NCBI RefSeq assembly: GCF_001949145.1
Contig: NW_019091360.1
Span: forward strand, 2,664,864-2,728,863
Origin: Acanthaster planci
Taxonomy: Eukaryota
Direction of reading: 5' to 3'
Length of the DNA stretch: 64,000 bases
Part shown: piece after piece, positions 61,213 to 64,000 of the stretch
Layout of the letters: each line of letters opens with the position of its first letter
Position numbering within the stretch: position 1 is the first letter of the stretch
Translations under genes and position numbers: made by a program
The notes under the pieces: generated by a model
What the model was told of the DNA's origin: nothing
Databases searched by the model: none
Seen by the model: the letters and a program-made list of their open reading frames with translations, nothing else

Positions 61213-63946
61213 TTACATCCTGTCGATGATGTCATGGGCTTTGTCCTCCAATAAGATCTGCATGTTCTTGACGTCCCGACACCAATGTTGTAATTTATCT
61301 TGCATTGTGACGATCTGTGAAAATGGCAGAGAAACCCAAGGTTAAACCCTTCCACCCTGTGACAACAGAAGCATACATCACAAAATGTCAAGTCCTCTAT
61401 TTGGCCTAAATAGACCGATGGTGCCCGCTAAGTCGCATGTATTGTGTATCAAACATCAACAAACAAGGTGTCCTCCATATTGAACTGTGTCGTAAGTATC
61501 ATTTATCAAAAACTGAAGCAGATGCCATGGTCAGTGAAATACTACACAGACTATTGATGTGCTAGGTAGTACACCAATAATCAGTTTGAAATTTTGAAAA
61601 CAACACTTAAAACACTTTGCTCTGGGTTTTGTTGATGTTTGATACCCACTATAGGTCACGTGACTTCGCGGGAGCACATGATCCATTGCGGGCTACTTGT
61701 TTTAACATTGTAAGCAAGGAAGTGTTTTCTAACAAACACTAGGTAACTACAATGAACAGTTTTCTTTGAGTCGGCTGAAAAGAAATGACAATCAGACGGC
61801 TCAGAATTGAAAGGTGGCACACCAGTAGTAGGCTACGTTTTTGGAGAACGATACTTTTCTTATCAATAACTTTGCATTTCTACAGTTGTGTCGGCATACC
61901 TGATGGAGATCGAGCACCCTTGGTTGTACCCATGTCATGTGAACTTTCTGCTCCACCTGGTCGATGGATCCTTTGACCAGACCCAGGGACAATGCCTTCA
62001 TTACAAGAATCTCAACCTGTTGGGGCAGGACACTCAAAATAATGACTCCTCACATCCAGGAAGAGGCTCAGTTTATTACTGAATACCCTCAAAGACAAGG
62101 ATTGCTTCTACTAGCCATAACGGATCCACTATTTCCTCAGTCATACATTCCCCATGGTCCTTGTCGAACCTCCATTTCTGATGCCTCCATGTTCAACATG
62201 GCACTGGTGGCTGTGGCTAAGACTATCCCTCATGGCCTACTAATGACATCAAAGCCACAGCCACAACATACTGATTTGGACATGTTTGCCCGATATCAAT
62301 CAAAGGTGGCAAACCTGTGAGAAATTATCGTAGATGTAACAAAAAGCAACGGACCCCTGGAAGTGTGAAGAAATAGGACTCTCCAAAGATGTTAGAATAT
62401 GCTGTCTTATTGTGAATATACTCCATCGGAATTCTCTGTAGTATACAATGAATCTTTTCCCTTTCAATGTGCGTAGTACTCAGTTTATGGTGCAAGCATT
62501 TTAATCCCCAAGGGTAAAAATTACTTTTGAAGGGTTAGAATTGGTTATCAAAGGGAAATTTGCCAAGTTGTGAATTAAGGCCCTACCTCATTCAACGGTA
62601 GCTTGGCCTCTTGGGCAATCTCTTCAAACGAGATGCTGCGATTGTCGGCAGGTCGTTTGAAGGTCATCTCCATCAGACACAAAAGGGAGATCTTCTGTCG
62701 TAACGGCAGCTCGTTGACTGCCAGGTCAGGCTGTATGGAGTGCAGAATGTGACAAAAAATGCACCATGATGCTCCAAGATCCTATCAAAAATCCAATAGT
62801 GGCTTTGGGAAACTAAGTACAACGGAGGGCAGAGCTGAATCACTTAGCTTTGTACAATTTACATGGGGCTTCAACCCTCTCAGCCTTGTGAAAATTTAAT
62901 GATGACCCCCCTTAAGTGCATGAAATATTGTGTTGGCGGGATTGAGACTGACCTAAAAATGATGAATGTGCCACTGGTTTCTTTCAGAGTGGAGGATTTG
63001 GTAAGGATCCTAAAGACCAGGAAATGTAGGTTGAAGAATGTACAAACTTCACAACTTAACAATTAAAAAGTTTCCTGCTCAAGAACACAAATTCATTTCC
63101 TAGCTGAAGTCATAGCAACATTAGACAAAAGTTTCAAATGCACAAATCTGTGACAGTAAGTGCTGAAAGCATTGCTGGATTCATCAAGCCCGTATTCTGT
63201 ATAGTTGATGAGTGTTTCAATAATCACAACTAAATACGATAATCTAAAACCCACCTGCTGCTTCCAGACGGCTGACGAAGACTCAAACTGATCCAGGTTG
63301 CCGCTGTTGAATGAATACAGCAAATCGACCAGCCACTTCTTGTTGGAGGCTGTTAGAGACTCCAGGATAGGGTGTGCAAGCTGCCAGGAACAAGAACAGT
63401 CGTCAAAGCTACCCGTATTCCAAACCTTCCAAGATTCTCCAAATAGTCACCAGGCGGATTTGAAAGATTTCTATGGGATTTAGGAAAGCAGACCCCCAGC
63501 CTCTACCACATTACACGGGAACTAACGTCCCTAGAGAGTTTGGACATAAAGAATGAACCGATGGTTTCCTGCATATTGGAGGATTTTGGCGCATTCAGGA
63601 ATTTTCATGAAAAAAAATTAATCACAGGAAGTGTGGGTGATGATGTTGACTTTAACAGCTGTAAAAAGTGATTTCAATGCAGATGGTGTCACAGCTGCAA
63701 AGATTTTTTTTGTTTTTGCATTTCACTGATGGCCCAAATTTAGAATCTACATTTGAAGTTTTGCACAAAGCACATGACCTAGTCCCTCTGAGCACGTGGA
63801 AATGGCAGCAACATTTGGTAACCATCCAAACTAGACACTATCAGTTGAAGTCGGCATCACGCTCACCAGTTCTCCAAAGTTATAGATCCCTTCTCCGAGG
63901 AGAGCAGCGAGGGACAAGTTAAATGCTCGCTCCTTCCTTTCGTCCC
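61213..63946 (-). CDS. PSMD13: 26S proteasome non-ATPase regulatory subunit 13 (Rpn9, PCI domain), last five coding exons; 5' part lies right of the window
   Basis: Exons (minus) 63946-63867 ([22 protein letters not shown]), 63380-63255 (LAHPILESL…LLYSFNSGN), 62730-62587 ([17 protein letters not shown]), 62016-61900 ([21 protein letters not shown]…WVQPRVLD), 61314-61213 (…[23 protein letters not shown]). Confidence 0.96.
61410..61687. mobile_element. MITE in the last PSMD13 intron
   Basis: Left …cccgctaagtcgcatg…gtatcaaacatcaacaaa vs right (reverse complement) …cccgcgaagtcacgtg…gtatcaaacatcaacaaa. Confidence 0.65.
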
Positions 63947-64000
63947 CTGAAACAGAAAACCATACAGAACTCTTCACCTTTTGACATGCATGCTTCATAT

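Overview
Intron-rich animal (invertebrate-like) genomic DNA; most entries in the six-frame ORF track are spurious or exon read-throughs. Hand splicing on GT-AG boundaries gives five genes: TFIP11 (minus strand, 5' part only, continues off the left edge), a complete carnitine palmitoyltransferase 1 (plus strand, 16 coding exons, 764 aa) head-to-head with TFIP11, a GPR22-like orphan class A GPCR with an intronless CDS, a complete SMPD2/nSMase1-type neutral sphingomyelinase (7 coding exons, 415 aa), and the 3' part of proteasome lid subunit PSMD13/Rpn9 (minus strand). Introns and intergenic DNA hold many non-autonomous transposons (Tc1/pogo-, hAT-, piggyBac-, Mutator- and Harbinger-like MITEs, a tRNA-derived SINE, a Crypton-like relic, two apparently nested solo LTRs) and two minisatellites (209 bp x3, 50 bp x7). 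The most interesting signal is the 4.8-kb CPT1 intron just upstream of the catalytic-His exon: it hides frame-preserving phase 0-0 cassette/micro-exons (81 nt and 27 nt strong; 15/6 nt and 30 nt weaker) that would insert peptides at one position. Also notable are an EHSW->EHSL change next to the CPT1 catalytic His and a uORF-packed GPR22 leader. All family assignments are from remembered motifs; no database search was run.
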